Shown here piece by piece: positions 1 through 9,503 of a stretch of DNA of 64,000 nt (positions are counted from its first letter, which is position 1; each line of letters begins with the position of its first letter). Origin of the DNA: a virus; IMG/VR virus record IMGVR_UViG_3300042868_004799, positions 7,286 to 71,285 of that record; one strand, given 5' to 3'. Below the pieces are notes generated by a model. It saw nothing but the letters and a program-made list of their open reading frames with translations, made no database searches and was not told the origin of the DNA. A program made the position numbers and the translations under genes.

Positions 1-124
1 ATACGTCGCCGCCATGGAGAAGTATCCACTCGCCTTGCTCGATTGTTCGATCAACAAGTCCGCCTGTCTTCGTAACGGTGCCATCGCGCTTATTAGTAAT
101 GACTGCGCCTGAAAGACCTTTCAC
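1..124 (-). CDS. 5' part of a gene running off the window; possible APH/protein-kinase-like phosphotransferase
   Basis: A GTG overlaps the upstream stop (GTGA at 121-124). Manual translation gives MKGLSGAVITNKRDGTVTKTGGLVDRTIEQGEWILLHGGDV, with a Gly loop (GLSG) and VxK as in kinase N-lobes. Only about 41 codons are visible. Confidence 0.45.
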   Translation of the reverse strand, partial: MKGLSGAVITNKRDGTVTKTGGLVDRTIEQGEWILLHGGDV

Positions 125-1359
125 GAAAAAGCACTTTCAATCATTACCTGTGCGGTCTTTCGCGGATCATTTCTTGTGCGCAGCACCGCTCGGTTATGCT
201 GAGCTATTTCCATACGGTCTTTGTCTGATACTTCAAGGCACGTTGTGAATGCATCAGCGACTCTTTGCATCAGCTCAAGGCCCTCTGGTTGCACTAGACG
301 TCCCTGTGTTGGGCAGCCTTTGTACCAATCAAGAACGTGCATTCTGAATTCTGGATCTGATAAATGCTCAGGGACGATACAAAGTGCCCCTGCATCAGCA
401 GCTTCTAGTGTCGAGTACTCAACAAGCCCTCGCGCAAAGTTATAGGCGGTTAGGTTCATATGAACACGAAACCGTTGCGCGATAGCTGCCGAGTCAACGT
501 AGTTGCCTAAGTATCTAATTAGCGCGCGTCCTTCGACTCGAGCGTCCCACGGAAACGGCGAGATGATGTTTCCATCAGTACCTTTAGAAAGATTGATGTT
601 TGTAGCATGGCGGACAACCTGAGCGCCAAAGTGATCCTTTAGAATCTCATAAACAATAAACGTAGGTGATGGCCCTAGGCCAACTGAACATGAACCCCAT
701 ACTTCGACGGTGACATGCTCTGGCAATCTAGTTCCGGCGAGTGCGATAAGAGGCTGACCTTTGTTGTAAATAAAGCGACCAGACGTTCCAACAGTGTAGT
801 TATTTGTGACTGGCGCGTCAATTTCAAATTGCGGAATGTATGGCATTTGCCCTTTAATCCACTCCATTGAAGAAAATAAATCATTGCTGCTGCTTGCGGA
901 ATCTTCGCTCATAGTGACGAGAAGTTTTCCGCGCGACGGAGACTCTAGTAGTTGTGGAACAAAAGGAATGTCCTTACCGGGGTAAAACGATCCATGAAGC
1001 GCGGTTGTCCATGGTGTCTTTGTGCGCCGTAGCGCGTCTACGTACTCGGGCAAAACACCTTCACCCGCTTTAAGGGCTACTTTGTCGTGCAGTGGGATCT
1101 TAATTTCGGGCAAGACAATCATGTCGTACGAGTCAAGCGTCTCAACAAGATTTACTGTTTTTACAACTACGTTTGGAGCTTCACTCCACCAACGCGCGCC
1201 TGGTTGAGGCTTACCCCATGCAGTTCTTGTGCGACCACTTTTTGTGTAAGACACGACGTCGCATTCGTGTCCTAAGCCTATGAACCCATGTTTTAGTCTG
1301 AATGCCCAAGCTGTGGGCCCTTTTACGCCTGGCTCTGGCTCTAAAATAGCAACGCGCAT
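121..1359 (-). CDS. GT-B fold glycosyltransferase, possibly DNA-modifying
   Basis: N-terminal MRVAIL..G..G..W...L..G...LGHECDVV and C-terminal EYSTLEAADAGALCIVP match the GT4/GT-B E-x-EA-x-x-G signature. It lies in the replication/nucleotide module. Confidence 0.75.
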   Translation of the reverse strand: MRVAILEPEPGVKGPTAWAFRLKHGFIGLGHECDVVSYTKSGRTRTAWGKPQPGARWWSEAPNVVVKTVNLVETLDSYDMIVLPEIKIPLHDKVALKAGEGVLPEYVDALRRTKTPWTTALHGSFYPGKDIPFVPQLLESPSRGKLLVTMSEDSASSSNDLFSSMEWIKGQMPYIPQFEIDAPVTNNYTVGTSGRFIYNKGQPLIALAGTRLPEHVTVEVWGSCSVGLGPSPTFIVYEILKDHFGAQVVRHATNINLSKGTDGNIISPFPWDARVEGRALIRYLGNYVDSAAIAQRFRVHMNLTAYNFARGLVEYSTLEAADAGALCIVPEHLSDPEFRMHVLDWYKGCPTQGRLVQPEGLELMQRVADAFTTCLEVSDKDRMEIAQHNRAVLRTRNDPRKTAQVMIESAFS

Positions 1360-1409
1360 GGCATTCTCCGTATTTCGTCTAATTTGGTATTTCCGAATGT
1401 ATCATCAAA

Positions 1410-1463
1410 GTGTAGTGGAGGGCGTGCTCGAATAAATAATTCAAGCAAGCGCCCTCCGCACAC
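1410..1463 (-). terminator. Stem-loop downstream of the SSB gene
   Basis: Inverted repeat GGAGGGCG (1417-1424) / CGCCCTCC (1450-1457), with inner TGCT..GAAT/ATTC..AGCA pairing, in an intergenic gap. Confidence 0.55.
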
Positions 1464-1484
1464 GTAGCTTCTATCTGATATGAA

Positions 1485-2063
1485 TCAGAAAGGAGCGGGT
1501 GGTGGCGTATCAATTGCCACCGGTGCCTGTGCAACAGGCTGTTCTTGGATTGGCGCAGCGACAGGTGCAGGAGCAGGTGCCGGAGCAGGTGCCGGAGCGG
1601 GAGCAGGAGCAGGAGCAGGAGCGGCTGCGGCTGGAGCAGGTGCTGCTGTTGCTGCACCAACTACGCTGTAATACGCCTTGATCTCGTTCTTCTTTTGGCC
1701 TTGCCATGTACGTGATCCAACCTGTGCGCGGAACGAGCGGCTTTTGAGTGCCTGTTCGATCTGTGCGTTGCTTGGGTTTGTTGCGAAGAAGTCGCGATTG
1801 AGGCCAAGCGCGTTCATCTTGCGAAAGAAAATTCCAAGTGCTGTCGGATTGTCTGTTGAAATAACAAGGTTGTCCCAAACTAAACGCTTTGCGTGCGCAC
1901 CAGTCTGAACTTCTGCTTTCACAGAGAACATTGTCTTTCCTGATTGCGATACCTTCGCGGTAGCTTCAATGATCGTGAGATCGTAGTCGCCATCTGGAAG
2001 TGGATCGTAGCTGCCAACATCGCCGGCTTCTTTGACTAGGTCTCCCCAGTTTAGTGTACTCAT
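1485..2063 (-). CDS. Phage single-stranded DNA-binding protein (DUF669-like)
   Basis: YDPLPDGDY...SQSGKTM...KNEIK core, Ala/Pro-rich linker and C-terminal PF tail. It lies directly downstream of the Sak4-like gene. Confidence 0.75.
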   Translation of the reverse strand: MSTLNWGDLVKEAGDVGSYDPLPDGDYDLTIIEATAKVSQSGKTMFSVKAEVQTGAHAKRLVWDNLVISTDNPTALGIFFRKMNALGLNRDFFATNPSNAQIEQALKSRSFRAQVGSRTWQGQKKNEIKAYYSVVGAATAAPAPAAAAPAPAPAPAPAPAPAPAPAPVAAPIQEQPVAQAPVAIDTPPPAPF

Positions 2064-2087
2064 GGTTGTTACCGTCTCTTTCTGACG

Positions 2088-2855
2088 TTATTTGGTTTTT
2101 GGTTGTTCCGGACGAGGTCCGAAAATTATATTGAGCATTTCCTCGATACCGAGGTTTTGCTGCTCAACGATCTTGCCTAGACGGCCTTGCACGCGCTCAC
2201 CGGCTTCATACTGGTTTGTGCGTTCTACGTACATACGACGCGCTTTAAACGGCGGCTGTGTCGGGTCTGGGTTAGGAAATTCTTCAACTGTAAGTGCGCC
2301 CAGGATGTCGTAAAAGTACGGCGCCTGAATTGCAAGTTGTCCTTGAAGGTACGGCTTGTAGCGAGCATCTTGACCTTGACGCGCCATGGCTGTAAGAACC
2401 ACAGCTTCAAGAGGATTAGTCGCGTGCATCGTAAGATCTCGAAGATCACGAAGCAATGCGCCCATGTGGCGAAGAAGTTCGCCCCACTGCTGCATTTGCA
2501 TTTGATTCTTTCCAGCGATTGTGTCAACGCACTTGACTTGAAGCTCAGACACTGAGTCAACAATTAGTGACTTAAACTGATGCTTTCCAAGTTGTAGCCA
2601 TTGGTACGCTTTAATTACGGTGTCGTAGTCAGTGACGTTGACAACGCATGTATCCCAAGTGCCATCAGCTATTGGCGGCTCCTCGCGAAGTGGATCCCAA
2701 TACTTAACGTTGATAGGCAAGAAACGATGTCCGCCTTCTACGTCAAGCATGAGGCGTGGATATGGTGCAGTGACTGCAAAAGTCGATTTACCGACCTTAG
2801 ACTCGCCATAGACCATGATAGTTAGTGAACGTTGTACTTCTGACATGTCATTCAT
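2088..2855 (-). CDS. sak4: AAA_24 / Sak4-like ATPase (single-strand annealing protein)
   Basis: Walker A YGESKVGKST, LDVEGG and Walker B-like LIVDSVSE; flanked by an exonuclease and an SSB. Confidence 0.75.
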   Translation of the reverse strand: MNDMSEVQRSLTIMVYGESKVGKSTFAVTAPYPRLMLDVEGGHRFLPINVKYWDPLREEPPIADGTWDTCVVNVTDYDTVIKAYQWLQLGKHQFKSLIVDSVSELQVKCVDTIAGKNQMQMQQWGELLRHMGALLRDLRDLTMHATNPLEAVVLTAMARQGQDARYKPYLQGQLAIQAPYFYDILGALTVEEFPNPDPTQPPFKARRMYVERTNQYEAGERVQGRLGKIVEQQNLGIEEMLNIIFGPRPEQPKTK

Positions 2856-3813
2856 TTCCTTTTATCTCTGTTGTTTTGTAGTAACCGTACGGGTCATCGA
2901 CCTTATACAGTTCGTTAATTGCGTGCTCGGCGGCGCTGCCGTCGTCGAACAGTGGGCAAATAGCGAAGAATTGGCACTTCCACTTGCAATCACGCGATGG
3001 CCGCGGATACGCAACGTAGAAATGGTCTTGACCTTCCTCAAGAGCCTTGCGGACCTTGAGCATGTCACTTACCGTGCCGTGTAGACGATTCCAGAATGAT
3101 CTAAGAGCAAACTGGTTATGTCGAACTTCCATCTGCTCATAGAATGGTGGCTTTGCGTTTGCCGTGCGCTTAACCTTCTTGAGCATAGTGAATATACCGC
3201 CCTCAGAGCGTTCACCCTCTTTGTTTTGATGCGCTTCAAGAACCATGTACGTAAGGATTTGCTCGTTCATATGGGCAAGCGACGCAAACTCAGTAAATGA
3301 GCCGCCGACTGTTTTGAAGTCACGGAACATTCTCACGCCATCGGCCTTGCGGCGTACGCGCATGTCGAGCTTGCCTTGCAAAATTACTTCGCCATCAAAC
3401 ATTGGCATCTCGATAATCTCTTCAGTTGAGATCATTTCAAGTTCAGCGTCGATACCGTTTTCTTCTACCCAGTCAAGGTAACCTTCAAGCATGATACGAC
3501 CAAGTTCAGCTTCACTGTCGAGGTCCATTGTGTCGCGAAAGCTGTCGATAAGCGCTTGCTTATCTTGTTGGACAAGTTCTGCGTACGCTTCAAGAAGCGG
3601 CTTATTCGTAGAATAGTACATATCAAACGCCTCATGGACGCGTGAGCCGAGTGCAAGTGCACCTGTAAAGTTTTTCGTTTGTGGTTGAAGACGACGGTAG
3701 TAAGTAAGCCACCATTTGCGGCGACAGTCTTTGAACGTCTGAATTTCTGAGTTTGAAATTCTAATAGGCCGTGGTGCAATAAGCACTGGCACTGGTACTG
3801 GTTCAATGCTCAC
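2848..3813 (-). CDS. PD-(D/E)XK Cas4/RecB-like exonuclease with Fe-S cysteines
   Basis: ISNSEIQTFKDCRRKW, GSRVH, GKLD, DFKT and C-terminal C-x3-C-x5-C motifs. Confidence 0.85.
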   Translation of the reverse strand: MSIEPVPVPVLIAPRPIRISNSEIQTFKDCRRKWWLTYYRRLQPQTKNFTGALALGSRVHEAFDMYYSTNKPLLEAYAELVQQDKQALIDSFRDTMDLDSEAELGRIMLEGYLDWVEENGIDAELEMISTEEIIEMPMFDGEVILQGKLDMRVRRKADGVRMFRDFKTVGGSFTEFASLAHMNEQILTYMVLEAHQNKEGERSEGGIFTMLKKVKRTANAKPPFYEQMEVRHNQFALRSFWNRLHGTVSDMLKVRKALEEGQDHFYVAYPRPSRDCKWKCQFFAICPLFDDGSAAEHAINELYKVDDPYGYYKTTEIKGNE

Positions 3814-5618
3814 TTGGCACCGCCTTTTCCTGTTTTAAGAATACCGATGAGCTTATCCCTATCGCGAACAATCTGCTCAAAGTTGTCGGCCTTACTGCTC
3901 AGCACGTCGATGACGCGCTCTTCAATTGTGTTGTCTGTTACGTAGTCTGTAATGACGATTGTGTCGTGGATTTCACTGCCGATGCGGTGAACTCTATCCA
4001 TAGCTTGCTTGTGATCGACAAGTGACCATGGGCGTTGGAGCATGACAAGACGTCGTGCGGCTGTAAGTGTAATACCAACACCACCTGCTTGAGCAGTAAA
4101 CAAGATCCACTTAATCTTTCCAGACTGGAAATCATCTACAGCTTTTTGGCGCTGATCTTCATCTTGTGCACCAGTGATAAGGCCGTGTTCAATTTTTGCT
4201 TTAGTCATCGCTGCGCTAAGAAGCTCAATAAGCTGTCGTGACACTGCGCACACTGCAACTGAGTCAGTTCCAAAGTCACCACTTGCAATATCTCCCATAA
4301 GAGCATCTACTTTGCAAGACGGCTCAGCAAGACGAATTCCTGTAGCCTCTCCGGTGAATTCATCAAACTGTGTTTCAGCGTATGAACTTGCAAATTGTAG
4401 AAGACGTGTCGTCTGCGTTAGTACACTTGGCGCGGTAACTGCGTCTCCGCCTTCAAGCTCGGCGATCATAAGATCACGCATCTGCGCGTATGCCTTTGCT
4501 TGCTTTGTTGACATTTCAACATCTCGGCGCTCTGAAAGAACTGGCGGCAACCACGGAAGCACACGTGCCTTAAGCATTCTGCGCATACGCGGATTGATTG
4601 CAGCGTAAAACTCTTCTTCCATGTGCGGCTTTACGCCGAGAACAAGGAGTCCACCAAAAGCGTTCATCATAGTATCGACCATGCGATCGATCCAGCGTGT
4701 CTTGCTTGGCCACTCAGTTGGTGAAAGCCAGTGCAGGATCGGCCATAAGTCAAGAACGTTATTAGCGATAGGCGTACCAGTCAGCGCGTAGCGAATATCA
4801 GCATCGCCTGTTGCGGCCCACAGCGCGCGAGTCTGCTTTGACTTAGGGTCTTTTGAACGATGGATTTCATCAGCGACCACAGCCTTAAAGTCAATTGAGT
4901 TAAGCTCGCGCTTGTGGATTTCACAGCGATTTTCAGTCACTTTTTCATCGTGACCGCCACAGGTAACGCACCGCGCTAGCGCAACTGAACCATATGGTGC
5001 AAGACGCGAGTGTGACCGTAGCGATTCCCAGTTGATTACATAGACATCTGCGTCAGTCGCGAACTGTGCACGACGCTGAGTAGCAGAACCGCTGATTACT
5101 TGTACGCGTACTTCAGGCCACCACATTCCGAATTCACGAAACCAGTTTTTCTTGAGAGTGTTTGGACATGTAATTAGCGCTGGAAAAACGTTTTCAGTTT
5201 CAGACAGTTTCTTAAGCGCGCGGATTGTTTGAGCAGTTTTACCAAGGCCAGGCTCATCAGCAAGAAGTGCTCTACGCGCGGTAGCTAAAAACTCTACGCC
5301 AGCGCGTTGGTGAGGAAACAAATCAGTGTCGCCGCCGTCAAACTCTTCAAGATCGCGCAGCGCGTTCGCTGGAGCAACTCGTGTTGCTAATTCATTGGCC
5401 GCCCACGCGGTAAGGCCAGGCCCGATCTCAAGCTCGCTGCGGAAAGTCGATCGTAGTGAAAGGCAGGTTGCCCAACCTAGTGGAGCGCGCCATGCTTTCT
5501 CGCCAGCGTTCCATGTTGCACCCGGGATCGTTTTACATAGTTCTTTAAAGCGCCACTCAGTGTCGATTTTAATGTATTCGCCGCTACTGCTTAGATCTAC
5601 TTGTACTGCCATTAGCAC
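3810..5618 (-). CDS. SNF2-family DNA helicase
   Basis: LLADEPGLGKT, DEIH, LTGTPIAN, GGVGITLT and QAMDRVHRIG motifs, plus an inserted CxxC..H/C..H zinc knuckle. Confidence 0.92.
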   Translation of the reverse strand: MLMAVQVDLSSSGEYIKIDTEWRFKELCKTIPGATWNAGEKAWRAPLGWATCLSLRSTFRSELEIGPGLTAWAANELATRVAPANALRDLEEFDGGDTDLFPHQRAGVEFLATARRALLADEPGLGKTAQTIRALKKLSETENVFPALITCPNTLKKNWFREFGMWWPEVRVQVISGSATQRRAQFATDADVYVINWESLRSHSRLAPYGSVALARCVTCGGHDEKVTENRCEIHKRELNSIDFKAVVADEIHRSKDPKSKQTRALWAATGDADIRYALTGTPIANNVLDLWPILHWLSPTEWPSKTRWIDRMVDTMMNAFGGLLVLGVKPHMEEEFYAAINPRMRRMLKARVLPWLPPVLSERRDVEMSTKQAKAYAQMRDLMIAELEGGDAVTAPSVLTQTTRLLQFASSYAETQFDEFTGEATGIRLAEPSCKVDALMGDIASGDFGTDSVAVCAVSRQLIELLSAAMTKAKIEHGLITGAQDEDQRQKAVDDFQSGKIKWILFTAQAGGVGITLTAARRLVMLQRPWSLVDHKQAMDRVHRIGSEIHDTIVITDYVTDNTIEERVIDVLSSKADNFEQIVRDRDKLIGILKTGKGGAK

Positions 5619-5691
5619 CTCTTGTCATTTCGTTATGTGTCACTGTATCATGTACTTAGATAGAAAGTACGGACTCTACTAAAAAATTATC

Positions 5692-6162
5692 TTAGTATCC
5701 TTCAAGAAGCTTTCTTGGTGTCCAACCGTGTTTTGCTAGGTACAAAAGTCCATGGCGAATAGAGTCAAGAGCATGGCCTTCGCCGCCCTTGTGCCAATAC
5801 CCGAGTTTCTTTAGCGCCTCGTTTGTGAACATGCGCTTTGCGTCAGACGGATTCTGAAAATGAAGAGTACCTTCATGATAGTCGCCTTCACGAAGAAGAT
5901 GCTTAAGAACGCCAATTTGCTCAAGAGAGTATGGTGCCTGTGAGTTCTTTCCAGTCTGCGGAGTAATTGTAAAACTTTCGCAAGCAACGTCAAGAGACCA
6001 TCCGTTTAAGCGCGCATCTAAGATTGCTGAAGCAATTGGTCCAGCAAACTCGTATGGCTGGTATTCGCCTGACCAAACTAAAACGGGCTCATCGCCTTCC
6101 CAAGTAAAGCACGCAATGCCACTTGCTTTTCCTGGATCAACCGCCAAGATCATATTTTTCAT
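5692..6162 (-). CDS. RuvC-like Holliday junction resolvase
   Basis: ILAVDPG, ACESF and HALDSIRH fit the RNase H-fold acidic pattern. Confidence 0.7.
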   Translation of the reverse strand: MKNMILAVDPGKASGIACFTWEGDEPVLVWSGEYQPYEFAGPIASAILDARLNGWSLDVACESFTITPQTGKNSQAPYSLEQIGVLKHLLREGDYHEGTLHFQNPSDAKRMFTNEALKKLGYWHKGGEGHALDSIRHGLLYLAKHGWTPRKLLEGY

Positions 6163-7988
6163 TAGTATTTATCTCCCCATGTTTCGAGTGGTCCATCAAC
6201 GTCTGCAGTGAGCGGTACTGCCCATCCTTCAGACGTTGTCATGCATTGCTTAACGAGCTGCTTGATTTCTTCTGCGTCCTTGCGCGGTGCCTGTAGCACG
6301 ATTTCGTCGTGCACCGGCACGATCAACATTTCGGTGAGATCTGCCTGGTCGAGCTTGACAAGGTTTGCCTTAAACACCTCAGCCGCGCCACCTTGAATTA
6401 GGTAGTTTACAAGAGTGTATACGCGGTTTTCGTCACAAGGAAGTCTGCGGCCTGTCCACGTGTAGACATAGCCCTGGCCTTCTGTCTTAAGACGGCGCAT
6501 TCCAATATCTTCAATCTGTCTCTGGAAGTTTGACATTCCAGGGAATCTATTGTCGAACGCATCGGATGTTTGCTTCATTTGCATTTCAACAACACCTGCT
6601 GTTAAGGCTTGCTTAGCTACGCCGGCACCATATAAGCGTCCGTATACCATGCTCTTAATAAGACCGCGGCGCTTATCACTCTTTTGCATTGACGGATCGT
6701 TGTATACTTCGCGGCCTATTTCAGTGAAAGGATCAGACCCTGTCGCGTCAGCTAGGTGAAACAAGCTAATTAAGTTTGGATCCTGCGACAAGCTCGCAAA
6801 CATGCGAAACTCAACTTGATCAAGGTCAGACGTAATGATGATGTGATTTTCATCTTTAGGTATGAACGCACTGCGAACTACGTTGTCCCCCTTAGGCAGA
6901 GTTTGAAGCGCCGGGTTTGTTATAGACATGCGGCTTGTTCGTGCGCCAAGCGTTCGCACAGACGGATGAACAATTCCGTCGATTGAGCCAGTAAGAAAGT
7001 TAGAAAAATACGTATTAGCAAGTTTGTCTGCCTTGCGTTGTTTAAGAACAGTGTCAGCAAGATTCTTTACTTCGTCTGTGCCAGTAATCATCAGCATCTT
7101 TAGCTGATCTTTTGTGCACGACTTTTGTCCCGTAGGCGTATGTTCAGTAATGTCAGCGCCAAGGCTTTCAAACAGACGCACTAGCTGCTGATTGCTAGTT
7201 ATAGATGTTCCGCTGTACGTTTGCTTTGCCCATGACTTTACAGAATCAGTATATGCGGTCAACTCGTCAAACTTTCGCTTCGAGTAGTCAAGGTCAATTC
7301 GTGCGCCATTGATTTCCATGCGAGTGACGATTCTGCGCGTTGCCATTTCAAGCTCGTAGGCTTTGCTGTATGCTTGGCCGGGTCCGCATTGCTTGTAAAA
7401 CTGTTCCCATAGGCGAGTTGTTAGTACGCAGTCAAGTGCGCCATACGACCAGTACGGTTGAAAGTTAATAGGAACCGTTCCCCATGTCCAACCGTTTTTA
7501 GAAAGTTCAGTGTCAAGAGTTTCTTGCAATGCAACAGCGCGGCTATCGACGTGCAGCGCAGCAAGACGCTTAAGCGCGCCAGAGCCTAGCGGATCAATAA
7601 CATGCGCCATAATCATAGTGTCATGCGCACGATGCCATGGAAGGTCCCATCGAGATTGGATTGCAAACCATCGAGCTTCGAACGCAATGTTGTGGCAGAT
7701 GATAGGTCCATCGAACTTATCCATCGCCTCGTAAAAAACACCTTTCCATTCGTCCCATGGAATAGACCAACCCTGTTCGCCATCGCCGACTTGAACTAAG
7801 CGAAGCTTTCCATGCCACGGAGAAAACGCATCTTCGCGAGGATTACCAGGAAGTTCGCCTGTTTCAGTGTCTACTGAAAGTGCATTGTATGGACGACGCT
7901 CGCTAAGCCATTCTAAAAACTCAGTCGCTTTTTGCGCGTTGTCAACAAGGTGAAGTTTTACATTTGATAGGTCTTCAGACGACATCAT
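6162..7988 (-). CDS. polA: Family A DNA polymerase with 3'-5' exonuclease domain
   Basis: Exo VDTETG/HNIAF/YGALD; motif A DLDQVEFR; motif B RGLIKSMVYGRLYG; NYLIQG; motif C VHDE. Confidence 0.95.
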   Translation of the reverse strand: MMSSEDLSNVKLHLVDNAQKATEFLEWLSERRPYNALSVDTETGELPGNPREDAFSPWHGKLRLVQVGDGEQGWSIPWDEWKGVFYEAMDKFDGPIICHNIAFEARWFAIQSRWDLPWHRAHDTMIMAHVIDPLGSGALKRLAALHVDSRAVALQETLDTELSKNGWTWGTVPINFQPYWSYGALDCVLTTRLWEQFYKQCGPGQAYSKAYELEMATRRIVTRMEINGARIDLDYSKRKFDELTAYTDSVKSWAKQTYSGTSITSNQQLVRLFESLGADITEHTPTGQKSCTKDQLKMLMITGTDEVKNLADTVLKQRKADKLANTYFSNFLTGSIDGIVHPSVRTLGARTSRMSITNPALQTLPKGDNVVRSAFIPKDENHIIITSDLDQVEFRMFASLSQDPNLISLFHLADATGSDPFTEIGREVYNDPSMQKSDKRRGLIKSMVYGRLYGAGVAKQALTAGVVEMQMKQTSDAFDNRFPGMSNFQRQIEDIGMRRLKTEGQGYVYTWTGRRLPCDENRVYTLVNYLIQGGAAEVFKANLVKLDQADLTEMLIVPVHDEIVLQAPRKDAEEIKQLVKQCMTTSEGWAVPLTADVDGPLETWGDKY

Positions 7989-8472
7989 GGTCCTTTATAT
8001 ATGTAACTGCGATATCGCATTTCTTAAGAAACTCAAACACACCGTACGGATCACGGTGCATGTCAGTCGCGCGCAATCGGCAGACAACCTTTGCTATCCC
8101 AGAGTTTGCGATTAACTTTGCGCACTGCATGCACGGCGCGCTTACTATATAGATTGTTCCGCCAAGGCTTAATGAGCGGTCAACGTATAGAAGCGCATTT
8201 GCTTCAGCGTGGATCGACGGGCATGCGTCATATAAGTTGTCAAGCGGTGCGTTGCCTTTAGCTCGCTCGCACCAATTGATGCATTCGCCTGACTCAGGCC
8301 AATTAGCCGCCGGGCCGTTGTACCCGGTTGAAATTATGTGTTGATCGTGCGAAACAATTACTGAACCCATTTGAGCTCGCGAGCAGCGCGATCGCTTGCT
8401 AACAGCCTCGGCTACAGCAAGCCATGTCTCTTCCCACGACGGGCGAGCGTCACTCATCAACGTCATCGTCAT
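7975..8472 (-). CDS. dCMP deaminase
   Basis: RSRC, STGYNG, HAEANA and PCMQC zinc-deaminase motifs. Confidence 0.93.
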   Translation of the reverse strand: MTMTLMSDARPSWEETWLAVAEAVSKRSRCSRAQMGSVIVSHDQHIISTGYNGPAANWPESGECINWCERAKGNAPLDNLYDACPSIHAEANALLYVDRSLSLGGTIYIVSAPCMQCAKLIANSGIAKVVCRLRATDMHRDPYGVFEFLKKCDIAVTYIKDHDVV

Positions 8473-8641
8473 CTGTGTTGCTCATAACGTCTGATATAGA
8501 CGAAGTAAGCATTTTAGCAATAAGCTCGAGCGCTTCTTTTTTACTAAATCCAACTTCTTTAAGAGTTACATACATTTCATGCATCGCAACTGCAGCTTCT
8601 TTCATTGGAGAAGAATAATCAAAATCGTCATCTGATGCCAT
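8450..8641 (-). CDS. Small hypothetical protein
   Basis: Tightly packed ORF between the TS homologue and the deaminase; helical HEMY...GFSKKEALEL pattern. Confidence 0.65.
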   Translation of the reverse strand: MASDDDFDYSSPMKEAAVAMHEMYVTLKEVGFSKKEALELIAKMLTSSISDVMSNTDDDDVDE

Positions 8642-8642
8642 G

Positions 8643-9503
8643 CTAGTGTACCTTACTTTTATTTTTATCGATCGCTTTGACCATTGCCTGAGTATACCAC
8701 AGCTCGGCTGATGTAAGACGGCTACGCAAATGCTCGTCGGTTATTGCGATAAGAGAAGCGTGCGCAGACGCCGCAACTTCGTCCCATGTTCTGCCTGTGA
8801 AGTATGGAATAGGCTCAACTGAGTTAGCTTTCGTAAGACGATCTGCAGCTTCATAGTTGTTTTCATAGATGTGAAGCGATCCAACGTGATGAGCATACGT
8901 CCCGGGCTCAATACCAAGAACTGAGCACATCGCCAGTTGCACACGTGTGAACTGAAAGAAGTCGTACGCGGCGCCAAGCCACACATCGTTTGATCGCATG
9001 TATACACTCATATTGAGCTTGTTGTCGCGGATACGAAACTGATGAAGGATAGTGCACGGATAGTCACGCTTTTTTTCAAGCATGTCACGCTCTGGGTTCC
9101 AAATTGTCACGACACACTGACGCGAGTACGGGTCTTTCTTGAGGCGATCAATCATCACGCCGTACTGGCCATTTGTGCGTGTGCCATACGAACCATGAAA
9201 CTTGCCATCGTCTTCTGTGTAATTAGTAAACTGAGGCCCTACGGCAATAACAGTCTCTGGGTAGCTCGTGCCTGACAGCAACTGTGTAGCTTCAACTGCT
9301 CCAATACCTGGAACAGTTCCACGACCGACGCCGATCGGAAGTGTGTTGTAGACATTGTCAATATAAATAGTAGCGTCTTCAATTTCACGTGTTTTCATTC
9401 CACGTGGCGAGGCCTCTACGCCATTGCGCAGAACATGCTGCACAAGATCGACGTAGCCATTGACGCCGTCCTCAATGTGAATTGTCTTTATCGAAGTATC
9501 CAA
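8643..9503 (-). CDS. Thymidylate-synthase-family enzyme, probably dCMP-specific (dCMP hydroxymethylase-like)
   Basis: SRQ, PC (catalytic Cys), HQF, MRSNDVWLGAAYD and SLHIY motifs. Asp sits at the position equivalent to E. coli ThyA Asn177. Confidence 0.85.
   Translation of the reverse strand: MDTSIKTIHIEDGVNGYVDLVQHVLRNGVEASPRGMKTREIEDATIYIDNVYNTLPIGVGRGTVPGIGAVEATQLLSGTSYPETVIAVGPQFTNYTEDDGKFHGSYGTRTNGQYGVMIDRLKKDPYSRQCVVTIWNPERDMLEKKRDYPCTILHQFRIRDNKLNMSVYMRSNDVWLGAAYDFFQFTRVQLAMCSVLGIEPGTYAHHVGSLHIYENNYEAADRLTKANSVEPIPYFTGRTWDEVAASAHASLIAITDEHLRSRLTSAELWYTQAMVKAIDKNKSKVH

Noticed and set aside
1379-1878. Overlapping low-complexity ORFs (poly-L/Q, GA repeats, CS repeats)
   Set aside because: They are alternative frames of the Ala-Pro linker repeat in the SSB gene.
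2848-3813. Cas4-like gene as evidence of a CRISPR-Cas system
   Set aside because: No cas1/cas2 and no repeat-spacer array; the context is the standard phage exonuclease-Sak4-SSB module.
8643-9503. Annotation as ordinary thyA
   Set aside because: Asp replaces the dUMP-specifying Asn, so the gene symbol was withheld.
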